Below, piece by piece: positions 16,929 to 25,136 of a stretch of DNA of 61,820 nt. Source of the DNA: Thermodesulfobacteriota bacterium (GTDB taxonomy: Bacteria; Desulfobacterota; Desulfomonilia; UBA1062); the NCBI GenBank assembly GCA_034716155.1, contig JAYEFR010000108.1, positions 1-61,820 on the forward strand, given 5' to 3'. Under the pieces are notes generated by a model. That model saw only the letters and a program-made list of their open reading frames with translations, searched no databases and was not told the origin of the DNA. Made by a program: the position numbers and the translations under genes. How positions within the stretch are numbered: position 1 is the first letter of the stretch; each line of letters opens with the position of its first letter.

Positions 16929-19304
16929 TTGAATTATGAGTTACCCTTGCCAAAGTGGCGTTGTATAACTATGAATTCAAAACCCAACCCTCAAAACCCA
17001 AAACCCAAAACTTACAATCTGCAGCTCATAGCTCACAACTCTCCACTCCTGGTAGTATTTGCAGGGCTATCTGCAGGGATCCTTATAGGACTAAAGGACA
17101 CAGGTGCTTTCTTGTTTGTCCTTGCATTCATCTTCATGCTCACTCCCAAGAAAAGGATAGTACATGCCATCCTTGGTATTATTCTAGGCCTGATTTCCAT
17201 CACCTGGATTCCGGGTGATGTAAATATACCAGATGGAGAATATACAATAGAGGGCGACGTTGTGGATTCAGGTTTTGCAAAGAGGATATACAGGATCCAT
17301 CTTGATCACATAAAGATTGACGGGCAAAGGCTACACGGCCGCTCTCAGATCAATATCTATAAGCACATAGAGACCTTACACAAGGGAACGCACATAAAAT
17401 CAAAGGCTGTTATAAGAATGCCCAGGCCTTATGGTAACATAGGAGAATTTGACTATACCAGGTATCTTAAGACCAAGGGTATTACATTAACCGGGTATAT
17501 AAAAGACTTTAACGATATAAAAAAGTATGGCCCTTGGGTTGTAAAAAAGGGCTTCAAAACCAATGCATCAAAGCAATTATCGAGCTTTGCCAAGCCGGAG
17601 GCGGAGATATTAAAGGCCATCCTGTTGGGAGACAAATCATGTTTGACCAACTCTATAAGGGACAGGTTCACCTCGCTTGGAATCTCCCATCTTATGGCTA
17701 TCTCCGGGCTACATATAGGGCTGGTGATCCTGTTCGGATACGTGATAGCATTTACTGTCTTGAGGTGTATTCCCCCTATTGCCAAAAGGTTTGACACGCC
17801 CATTGCAGCAAAGATCATAGGTCTTATAAGCGCTCTATTGTATGCATGCCTTGTAGGCCCATATATTCCCACTGTCAGAGCTACGATAATGGCAATGATG
17901 GTAGTCGGAGCGCTTTTCTTTGCACGAAAGAATGATGTTATAAACTCCCTTGCTCTATCAGGGATTGTCATACTTATTATATGGCCTGTCAGCATATATA
18001 GCCCAAGCTTTTTGTTATCCTTTGCCGCTGTACTCGGGATAATCGGAACACTGAACAAATTCAATTCAAGATCACGGATACTCCAACTTGCCATAATAAC
18101 TATAGCTGCCACTGTATTCACCCTCCCCATGATAGTGTATATATTCGGTTTTGTCTCACCCGCAGGGCTTATATCCAACCTGATTTTCGTCCCTGTATTT
18201 GGCCTATTTGTCATGCCCATTTCTCTGCTGGGTCTTTTGGCAACCCCTGTTTCATGGCCTATAGCTTCATACCTGTTTTCACTCTCTATGGATGGTATCA
18301 CCCTTATTCTCAAGACAGGCGACTTATTCGGTGTGCTCTTCCCTGTCAAGAGGCCATGGCTTGTCTGGGTCTATTCATGCTATCTTGGTCTTATCCTGGC
18401 ATTCTTTGGTAGAAAGACCAGGTTAAGAGCAATACTCATCACATTAAGCGCTATTTTCATAGTCACTTTACCGATTTTGCAGCAGCAGATAAGACTAGAC
18501 AAACCCCTTGCATTCGATTTTATAAGTGTTGGCCAGGGGGATTCAGCCCTTATCACCTCCGGGAGGCATGCAATATTGATTGATGCAGGCGGGTCACGAT
18601 CAGGATTTGACACCGGCAGATTTATTGTGGTCCCCCACCTGTTACAAAGGGGCATAACAAGACTGGATCTTGTGGTGATAACCCACTCTGATGTTGATCA
18701 TATAGGTGGGATGCCCTTTATATTAAGGCACTTTGATGTTGGTGAGGTATGGACAAACATGGGATCAGACTGGAATCCTGTATTTAAAGAGGTTACAAAG
18801 ATTGCAAGATCGAGATCCATACCCATAAAAGCAGTATGCCTTGGCGATATCCTAACCTTGGGGAATACAACAATCGAGGTGTTAAACCCGCTTAAACACA
18901 TAGCAAAAAGAGAGAAAGGCATGGACCTGAATTTGCATTCCATAGTGCTGATGGTGGTCGGCGACAATATGAAGGGCCTATTTATGGCAGATGCAGAGGG
19001 AATGGGAGAATTATCCTTGGCACATCTTGGCAGAGATATCTCGGCAGATGTGCTCAAGGTGGCTCACCACGGGGCAAAAAAGTCATGCCTTCCAGTATTT
19101 CTGGATATGGTAAACCCACGCATTGCAGTGATCTCATGCGGTTATAAGAACAGATATCATGTGCCCCGCCCCAAACCGCTAAAACGGTTGAGGGCTGAAG
19201 ATATAAAAGTGTTCAGGACGGATATGGATGGAGAGGTAATGGTAAGCAGCAAAAAGGGCGCCTATAATGTTAAGTTGGGGAGGGGTTATGCCGATACAAA
19301 ATAA
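16929..19304 (+). CDS. comEC: DNA uptake channel ComEC/Rec2 (start uncertain; 16971 possible)
   Basis: N.GEFDY, HLMAISGLH, RATIM, SFLLSF, VGQGD, THSDVDH, KVAHHG, RTDMDG. Confidence 0.93.
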   Translation: MNYELPLPKWRCITMNSKPNPQNPKPKTYNLQLIAHNSPLLVVFAGLSAGILIGLKDTGAFLFVLAFIFMLTPKKRIVHAILGIILGLISITWIPGDVNIPDGEYTIEGDVVDSGFAKRIYRIHLDHIKIDGQRLHGRSQINIYKHIETLHKGTHIKSKAVIRMPRPYGNIGEFDYTRYLKTKGITLTGYIKDFNDIKKYGPWVVKKGFKTNASKQLSSFAKPEAEILKAILLGDKSCLTNSIRDRFTSLGISHLMAISGLHIGLVILFGYVIAFTVLRCIPPIAKRFDTPIAAKIIGLISALLYACLVGPYIPTVRATIMAMMVVGALFFARKNDVINSLALSGIVILIIWPVSIYSPSFLLSFAAVLGIIGTLNKFNSRSRILQLAIITIAATVFTLPMIVYIFGFVSPAGLISNLIFVPVFGLFVMPISLLGLLATPVSWPIASYLFSLSMDGITLILKTGDLFGVLFPVKRPWLVWVYSCYLGLILAFFGRKTRLRAILITLSAIFIVTLPILQQQIRLDKPLAFDFISVGQGDSALITSGRHAILIDAGGSRSGFDTGRFIVVPHLLQRGITRLDLVVITHSDVDHIGGMPFILRHFDVGEVWTNMGSDWNPVFKEVTKIARSRSIPIKAVCLGDILTLGNTTIEVLNPLKHIAKREKGMDLNLHSIVLMVVGDNMKGLFMADAEGMGELSLAHLGRDISADVLKVAHHGAKKSCLPVFLDMVNPRIAVISCGYKNRYHVPRPKPLKRLRAEDIKVFRTDMDGEVMVSSKKGAYNVKLGRGYADTK
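16977..17046 (+). repeat. Degenerate 7-nt tandem repeat inside the comEC 5' end
   Basis: tcaaaac ccaaccc tcaaaac ccaaaac ccaaaac ttacaat ctgcagc tcatagc tcacaac tctccac; inverted partner ttttgaattatgagtt at about 16927-16942. Confidence 0.6.
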
Positions 19305-19803
19305 GATGAGACATAGGGGTTTAGTCTGCATTCAAAATACAAGAGGTTTTACGATAATGGAGCTAATGGTAGTTGTAATTATAATTGCTATTGGCGCAGC
19401 CATAGCCGCTCCGAGCATAGGCGGCTGGCTTGCCAAACAAAGGTTGAATAGTTCAGCAAGGACCCTTGCCTCCCATTTTCAACAGGCAAGGATGGCAGCG
19501 CTAAAGGGCAATGAGGATGTTAGAGTATGCTTTGATGATAATGCAGCACCGACACCGGATAGATATATTGTGGAAGCAGATCTAACGGATCCAATCGTGC
19601 CATGGACTACATTAGAAGATGATACCGATATAACTCCAAACTTTGCCGGAGTTGGGGCAATGGCAGCAAATTCCACCGGCTTCGATAGTCGTGGGCTTGC
19701 ATTACAGCAAGGCAGCATTGTAGTACAGAGTACTAAGGCCCCCTTGGCCGATAATACCAGGACCATAACGTTGTCTCTTGGTGGGAGTATAAGTATAAGA
19801 TAG
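19288..19803 (+). CDS. fimT: FimT/FimU (GspH-like) minor pilin
   Basis: RG|FTIMELMVV, ARMAAL, FDSRG. Confidence 0.85.
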   Translation: MPIQNKMRHRGLVCIQNTRGFTIMELMVVVIIIAIGAAIAAPSIGGWLAKQRLNSSARTLASHFQQARMAALKGNEDVRVCFDDNAAPTPDRYIVEADLTDPIVPWTTLEDDTDITPNFAGVGAMAANSTGFDSRGLALQQGSIVVQSTKAPLADNTRTITLSLGGSISIR

Positions 19804-19817
19804 GAGGTTATCAAATC

Positions 19818-20438
19818 TTGATAGTCGGAACCTTAAAGCACAATAGACAATCAAATCAGATAGTTGAGAAAGAATATCATATTCCAAAACTTGCCGTCTA
19901 TAACAATAAAGGCGTAACCCTGGTGGAATTAATGGTAGTCCTAGTCATATCTGCCATTTTGATGGCGGTTGTATATACTGCTTATCTAACCCAGCACAAA
20001 ATCGGGCATGTACAACATCAGGTTGTCACAATGCAGCAGGATCTAAGGGCATCAATCGATATAATGGAAAGGGATATGAGGATGGCGGGCTGCGACCCGA
20101 CAGGCAATACCACAGCAGGTATCCTTACATGGACAGCAAACTCTTTAGGCGTAACTATGGATATCGACGAAAACGGTACTATTGATGCAGGTGAACAGGT
20201 AGCCTATTCTATGGTGCAGTCAACACTTTTCAGAAATGGCCAATCCCTGGCTGTAAATGTCACAAGCCTGGGATTCACCTATTTTGACAGCGATAATAAT
20301 CCTGCCGGTAGTGTAAATGATATAAGGTCTGTAGTAATAAATATTGTTGTCCGCAGCGAACAGATAGACCCGGATACAGGACAGACCATTACCCGCACAC
20401 TGACGAGGAGGGCAAGATGCCGAAATCTAGGGTTGTAA
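19818..20438 (+). CDS. pilW: PilW-like minor pilin (TTG start, long leader)
   Basis: KG|VTLVELMVVL, MQQDLR, RDMRMAGCDP, RNLGL; AGGAGGT RBS. Confidence 0.85.
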   Translation: MIVGTLKHNRQSNQIVEKEYHIPKLAVYNNKGVTLVELMVVLVISAILMAVVYTAYLTQHKIGHVQHQVVTMQQDLRASIDIMERDMRMAGCDPTGNTTAGILTWTANSLGVTMDIDENGTIDAGEQVAYSMVQSTLFRNGQSLAVNVTSLGFTYFDSDNNPAGSVNDIRSVVINIVVRSEQIDPDTGQTITRTLTRRARCRNLGL

Positions 20439-20474
20439 GGCAAAACAGGGCAAAAAGAAAAGGAGAGGAAAGGA

Positions 20475-20566
20475 GGTGTCAGGTCTTGACATTTGACATT
20501 TTAGAGCACAACACACAATCAGGTCAAGTAGTTAAAAAGAAATGTCAAATGTCAAGACCTGACACC
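20475..20566. repeat. Perfect 27-bp inverted repeat (REPIN-like) over the pilV start and leader
   Basis: GGTGTCAGGTCTTGACATTTGACATTT (20475-20501) / AAATGTCAAATGTCAAGACCTGACACC (20540-20566); 38-nt spacer. Confidence 0.95.
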
Positions 20567-20941
20567 AGAGAAGGCTTCACCCTTATTGAGGTGGTAATAG
20601 CCATATTGATATTTGCAGTAGGGATCATAGGGGTAGCAAAGATGCAGGGTGAGGCAGTAAAGGGTGGCAGTTTTGGTATGCAGATAACTGATGCCATGAA
20701 TATTACACAGAATCAGGTGGAGTTACTTATGGGACTGAGTTATGCGCATACATCCCTTACCAATGGGGCTCATAATTCTCCGGGAATTACCTCTGATGCA
20801 GGGAGGAACTATGCCATTGTATGGAATGTCAGTGATGATACACCTGTTACAGGGGTAAAACAGGTACGAGTTAGTTCATCATGGACCGAGAAGCCCACCC
20901 CTCACCAAGTCACTGTTACGTTTATAAGGGGGCAGCCATAA
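20486..20941 (+). CDS. pilV: PilV-like minor pilin (TTG 20486 or ATG 20549)
   Basis: EG|FTLIEVVIAILIFAVG; C-terminal WNV..DTP..G.K.V.V..SW. Confidence 0.85.
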   Translation: MTFDILEHNTQSGQVVKKKCQMSRPDTREGFTLIEVVIAILIFAVGIIGVAKMQGEAVKGGSFGMQITDAMNITQNQVELLMGLSYAHTSLTNGAHNSPGITSDAGRNYAIVWNVSDDTPVTGVKQVRVSSSWTEKPTPHQVTVTFIRGQP

Positions 20942-21363
20942 TGAAAAATAACCAGGAAGGAATGGTACTGGTATTGGTATTGGTAGTACTCTTGGCAGCG
21001 ATTGTCATTGGAATAACTGTAATGCGTTCTTCTACGATAGAGGCAAGGATTGCCGGAAATGAAAGGGCCTATAAACGGGATTTTTACACAGCAGAGAGTG
21101 CCGGTAACTATGCTGTTGCCAACTTTGATGCATTTGCCAGTTCAACAATAATAAATATGAACACAACTTACCCTCTTTCGCCACCAGTTGGCAGCATGAT
21201 AAGCAGTGCGACCATCAGTGTGCAACTGACCCGCACCGGGACTTCACCTGTGGGCGAAGGTACAAGTGCCACGCAAGTAACTACCAATTATTACAAGATC
21301 ATATCTGATATAAACAACCAGAATATAGAGATAGGTGTATGGAAGAATTTTCCGACACAATAA
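20941..21363 (+). CDS. pilX: PilX-like minor pilin, copy 2
   Basis: MKNNQEG|MVLVLV..., no E5; lies between pilV and pilY1. Confidence 0.87.
   Translation: MKNNQEGMVLVLVLVVLLAAIVIGITVMRSSTIEARIAGNERAYKRDFYTAESAGNYAVANFDAFASSTIINMNTTYPLSPPVGSMISSATISVQLTRTGTSPVGEGTSATQVTTNYYKIISDINNQNIEIGVWKNFPTQ
20962..21062 (+). repeat. 101-bp direct repeat, copy B
   Basis: 98/101 identical to 1750-1850. Confidence 0.95.
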
Positions 21364-21389
21364 GGATTAAACACAAGGAGAAATCTATT

Positions 21390-24300
21390 ATGTATAAAAA
21401 AATTATATTTCTCATAGGCCTTTGTTTATTGTTCGCATATAAGCCAAGCCTGGCCGATGATACAGAGATCTTTTCTGGAGGGGTGATAAATGTTACACCC
21501 AATGTGCTTATCATATTCGACACATCAGGATCTATGGCAGACAGTGTCCCATGCAGTGTATATGACCCTAGTTATGATTATGCTGAAGACTTTGGCGGTG
21601 GTGGATGGGGCAGCTCTACTGCTTCTTATGAGAGATATAAGGTCTATTATAAATCAGGTAGTGGCGGATGGGGTAGTGCTTCCTGGGAAGAATTTACCAA
21701 CAGTACCTCGGACATTGGCTGTGCAGATGCAAAAGATACACTGGATACCATTGGTCACTGGCAGGGGTACATAGGGAATAGTTCTCCATATAACTGTGGG
21801 ACATCCAATTCCGAGACCCTGGCAACAGGGAATTTCCTGAATTTTTTGGATTCTCCAATTATAGAGACTGATTCAAAAATCAATGTTGCCAGAAAAGCAA
21901 TAAAAGAGCTGTTAGATAGTATTGAAGACAACGCAGTCAGATTTGGCCTGATGAGATTTAATGATAGTAACCGAGGGGGCAGTATTGTCGCTGAAATGGG
22001 TTCTAGTGATGCCACCATAAAGACTGTGCTTGATATCTTTACTGCACATGGTGCGACCCCACTTGCCGAGAGCCTTGCAGAGGCAGGCCTGTATTTTGCC
22101 GGCAAGTCATCTTGGGCGAACCCAGGCACAACATATACATCTCCAATACAATGGAGATGTCAGAAGAATTATATAATATTGATGACCGATGGTAACTCAT
22201 GGAGTGATGAAGGTGACGGCAATGGTGATAATATATTCACCCGTGCCGACTACATTAATGGAAACTCTATCGGTGATTATGACAATGATGGGGTTGATCC
22301 AGGGACAGACGCTAATGGAGGCACTCATTGGCTCGATGACGTGGCAAAGTTCCTACATGACGAAGACCTCAGGATAGATCCTGCAACAGATAGTGCAGGT
22401 GAATCCTTTGATACTGATACCTATGGCACCTCTTGGCAACAGAACATAGTCACCTATACGATTGGTTTTGCAACTAAGACTGATGATTTACTCTTGAAAA
22501 GTACTGCGGATGATTTTCACGGTCACGGCGCGTATTACTCCTCTGAAAATAGTAGCCAACTGCAAGGGGCATTTAGTCATATTATAGGGGAAATCCTAGA
22601 GACAAATGCAAGCTTCATAGCGCCGGTGGTACCTGTGAGCAAGATGAACAAGGCCTATGCAGGAAACAGCGTTTACTTGGCTCTGTTCAGGCCTGTAGAT
22701 GCATCTGGATTCTGGGAAGGGAACCTTAAAAAATTCGGACTCAATTGCGATGGAGACCTCCTACAGAAGGACGGCAGCCCTGCTGCAGACGCAACTGGCC
22801 AGATCCTGAGTAATGCTTCCTCCTGTTGGAGTAGCGCGGATGGAAGTGATGTAAAAAAAGGTGGCGCTGGCGAGACAGCGCTTTCTCAGACTGATAGAAC
22901 ATTCTATACATATCAGGGCACTGCAAATAAGAGCCTGACCCATAGTGATAATGCCTTTTCAGTGGATAATACAGCGATCACCGCAACAACAATGGGAGTG
23001 GCTACTGATACTGAAAAGGATGATCTGATCAATTATCTAACGGCAAAAGGTGTGTATGCTCAAGGCGGGACTAGTGAGAGGGAATGGGTTCTAGGTGATA
23101 TCCTTCATTCAAAACCTGCAGTTATGTATGATGGGAATAACACTGTAATCTTTGGGGGTGCAAATGACGGGTTTCTGCATACCCTTGTAGATGATGATAA
23201 AGGGACCGGTACCTTAAGCGATGATTCAGTAAGCGAGAAATGGTGCTTTGTACCATGGGATCTCTTGCCAAACCTGCACCTGTTGAAAGACAGTTCAACT
23301 CACAGCTATTTTGTAGATGGATCTCCTGTCGTGTACAGAGAAAGCAATACCCAATATGTGTGCTTTGGCCTAAGACGTGGTGGCAATAAGTACTATGCAT
23401 TAAAAGTAGGTGAATATAACGCTAATGGAGATTATATCACAGATGGCTATCTCGCCCCTGAATGGGTATGGGAAATCAGTTCAAGTATACTGGGCTCTGA
23501 GACCCTTGCACAGTCATGGTCCACGCCACGTGTATGTACAATAGCAACTGGTGGTGGATCCACTACCAAGGTTATACTACTTGCAGGGGGCTATGATGTA
23601 GCAAATGAGGATCTGGATACACCTGCCTTGGGTGATTCCAAGGGCAGAGCAGTGTATGCAGTGGATGCATCAACAGGCATTTTAAGTGCAGTCATAAACT
23701 TCAATCATAGTAATTATTCTGACATGAGATATTCTATCGTTGACCTGGCTGAATTTGATTATGACAGTGATGGCCTGGATGATACTATCTATGCACCATC
23801 TCTAGGTGCTAACCTGTTTGTATTTAAAGACAGGGACAAAGATGGTTCGTGGGAGAAAAGGTGGCTGTTTAAGGCCAGAAATGGTTCAACTGCTACCACA
23901 TTGCTGAAATTTCTCTACGCACCGGATGTAGTCTTAGAGACCTTTGGTGATTATGTCTATATCGGCACAGGTGATAGGGCACATCCATCAGAGATAAATA
24001 CTACCAATCGCTTTTATGCAATAAAGAATAAATGGACAACCCCATGGACAGATGGTTCAGCCAATAACACCCTCACAGAAGGAGACCTGGTAGATGTGAC
24101 AAGTTACGGCTACAATCCAGCCACATATACAGCACTTGCGAGTGGAAATGGCTGGTTTATCAAATTCGATAAGCGCAGTGGTGAAAAGATGGTCTCCACC
24201 CCTATTGTATTTAACAAGATAGTGTTCTTTTCTACCTTTAGCCCAGATCCTGGTTCTGGAACAGATAAGTGCGCTACGCAGGGACTAGGAGGAGGAAGAC

Positions 24301-24563
24301 TCTATGCATTAAACTATATGACAGGACAGGCGGCTTTAAACTTTGATGAAACCAATGATGCTGGAGGTGAGGAGGTGCTTGCTAGGTCAGATAGAAGCAT
24401 ATACCTCGGAACCGGCATCCCATCCCAGCCAACCCTTATTGTAACCTTAAAGGGTACTAAACTGCTTATCGGGACTCAAGGCACTGGAGGTAGTGCTGGG
24501 ACAAGGACATTTAACGTGCCAGGTGGTCAGGGTGCAAAACCCTATTACTGGAAACAAAACTAA
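21390..24563 (+). CDS. pilY1: PilY1/PilC tip adhesin with vWA domain, copy 2
   Basis: Signal peptide, DTSGS MIDAS, TPLAE, LGDILHS, GANDGFLH, DYDSDG, YYWKQ; AAGGAG RBS. Confidence 0.92.
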   Translation: MYKKIIFLIGLCLLFAYKPSLADDTEIFSGGVINVTPNVLIIFDTSGSMADSVPCSVYDPSYDYAEDFGGGGWGSSTASYERYKVYYKSGSGGWGSASWEEFTNSTSDIGCADAKDTLDTIGHWQGYIGNSSPYNCGTSNSETLATGNFLNFLDSPIIETDSKINVARKAIKELLDSIEDNAVRFGLMRFNDSNRGGSIVAEMGSSDATIKTVLDIFTAHGATPLAESLAEAGLYFAGKSSWANPGTTYTSPIQWRCQKNYIILMTDGNSWSDEGDGNGDNIFTRADYINGNSIGDYDNDGVDPGTDANGGTHWLDDVAKFLHDEDLRIDPATDSAGESFDTDTYGTSWQQNIVTYTIGFATKTDDLLLKSTADDFHGHGAYYSSENSSQLQGAFSHIIGEILETNASFIAPVVPVSKMNKAYAGNSVYLALFRPVDASGFWEGNLKKFGLNCDGDLLQKDGSPAADATGQILSNASSCWSSADGSDVKKGGAGETALSQTDRTFYTYQGTANKSLTHSDNAFSVDNTAITATTMGVATDTEKDDLINYLTAKGVYAQGGTSEREWVLGDILHSKPAVMYDGNNTVIFGGANDGFLHTLVDDDKGTGTLSDDSVSEKWCFVPWDLLPNLHLLKDSSTHSYFVDGSPVVYRESNTQYVCFGLRRGGNKYYALKVGEYNANGDYITDGYLAPEWVWEISSSILGSETLAQSWSTPRVCTIATGGGSTTKVILLAGGYDVANEDLDTPALGDSKGRAVYAVDASTGILSAVINFNHSNYSDMRYSIVDLAEFDYDSDGLDDTIYAPSLGANLFVFKDRDKDGSWEKRWLFKARNGSTATTLLKFLYAPDVVLETFGDYVYIGTGDRAHPSEINTTNRFYAIKNKWTTPWTDGSANNTLTEGDLVDVTSYGYNPATYTALASGNGWFIKFDKRSGEKMVSTPIVFNKIVFFSTFSPDPGSGTDKCATQGLGGGRLYALNYMTGQAALNFDETNDAGGEEVLARSDRSIYLGTGIPSQPTLIVTLKGTKLLIGTQGTGGSAGTRTFNVPGGQGAKPYYWKQN

Positions 24564-24586
24564 TAAGCAATATCGAGGAGATAAAA

Positions 24587-25051
24587 ATGGCCCACATTTT
24601 TAATAAGATCATGACAACAGCAGTCTTTTCTATGTTTGTCCTGATGTTTTTTATAGGGATATGTAGTGCTGATAAGATATCTCATTACATAAAAAATTGG
24701 GAGTATACCCAGTTTCAAGCTAAAATCACATATGTAAGCCCTGAAAAAGACTATATCATAGCATCAGAAAGGATGATATTTCTGGTGGATCTGATTTATG
24801 AAGGAAAGCATTATCAGACCAATATCAAAGATATTAATGGTAATGACATAAGCTTTGAGGGGCTCAAGGTAGACAAATGGGTATTTGTAAGGGGAGGAAA
24901 ACTAAAGGACAAAACCATAGGTGCCAGGAGCATCTTTCTCTTACCCAGATCTCTTAAAAGAGATGATGCGGAACGATACCCCGTTCTACAATCTCTACAG
25001 AGTTGGGATCGTGAGATTGTTAATAAACATAGTAAACATAGAAGCAAATAA
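24587..25051 (+). CDS. Small secreted beta-rich protein, PilY2-position, copy 2
   Basis: Signal peptide; paralog of 5303-5749. Confidence 0.7.
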   Translation: MAHIFNKIMTTAVFSMFVLMFFIGICSADKISHYIKNWEYTQFQAKITYVSPEKDYIIASERMIFLVDLIYEGKHYQTNIKDINGNDISFEGLKVDKWVFVRGGKLKDKTIGARSIFLLPRSLKRDDAERYPVLQSLQSWDREIVNKHSKHRSK

Positions 25052-25136
25052 TGGTTTCTAAATAGAGTTTGATAAGTATATCTATATCTTATATTATCTT
25101 ATCCTGATTTAGTCTAATTTTTTTCGGAGGGGGGTA

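Noticed and set aside
17453-18349. 298-aa antisense ORF, and similar long ones at 16092-16715 and 47091-48224
   Set aside because: Shadow frames of comEC, pyrD and argJ; no motifs or RBS.
1750-21062. Shufflon or DGR explanation for the duplicated pilus cassettes
   Set aside because: Repeats are direct, not inverted; no recombinase or reverse transcriptase in the window; mismatches are not adenine-specific.
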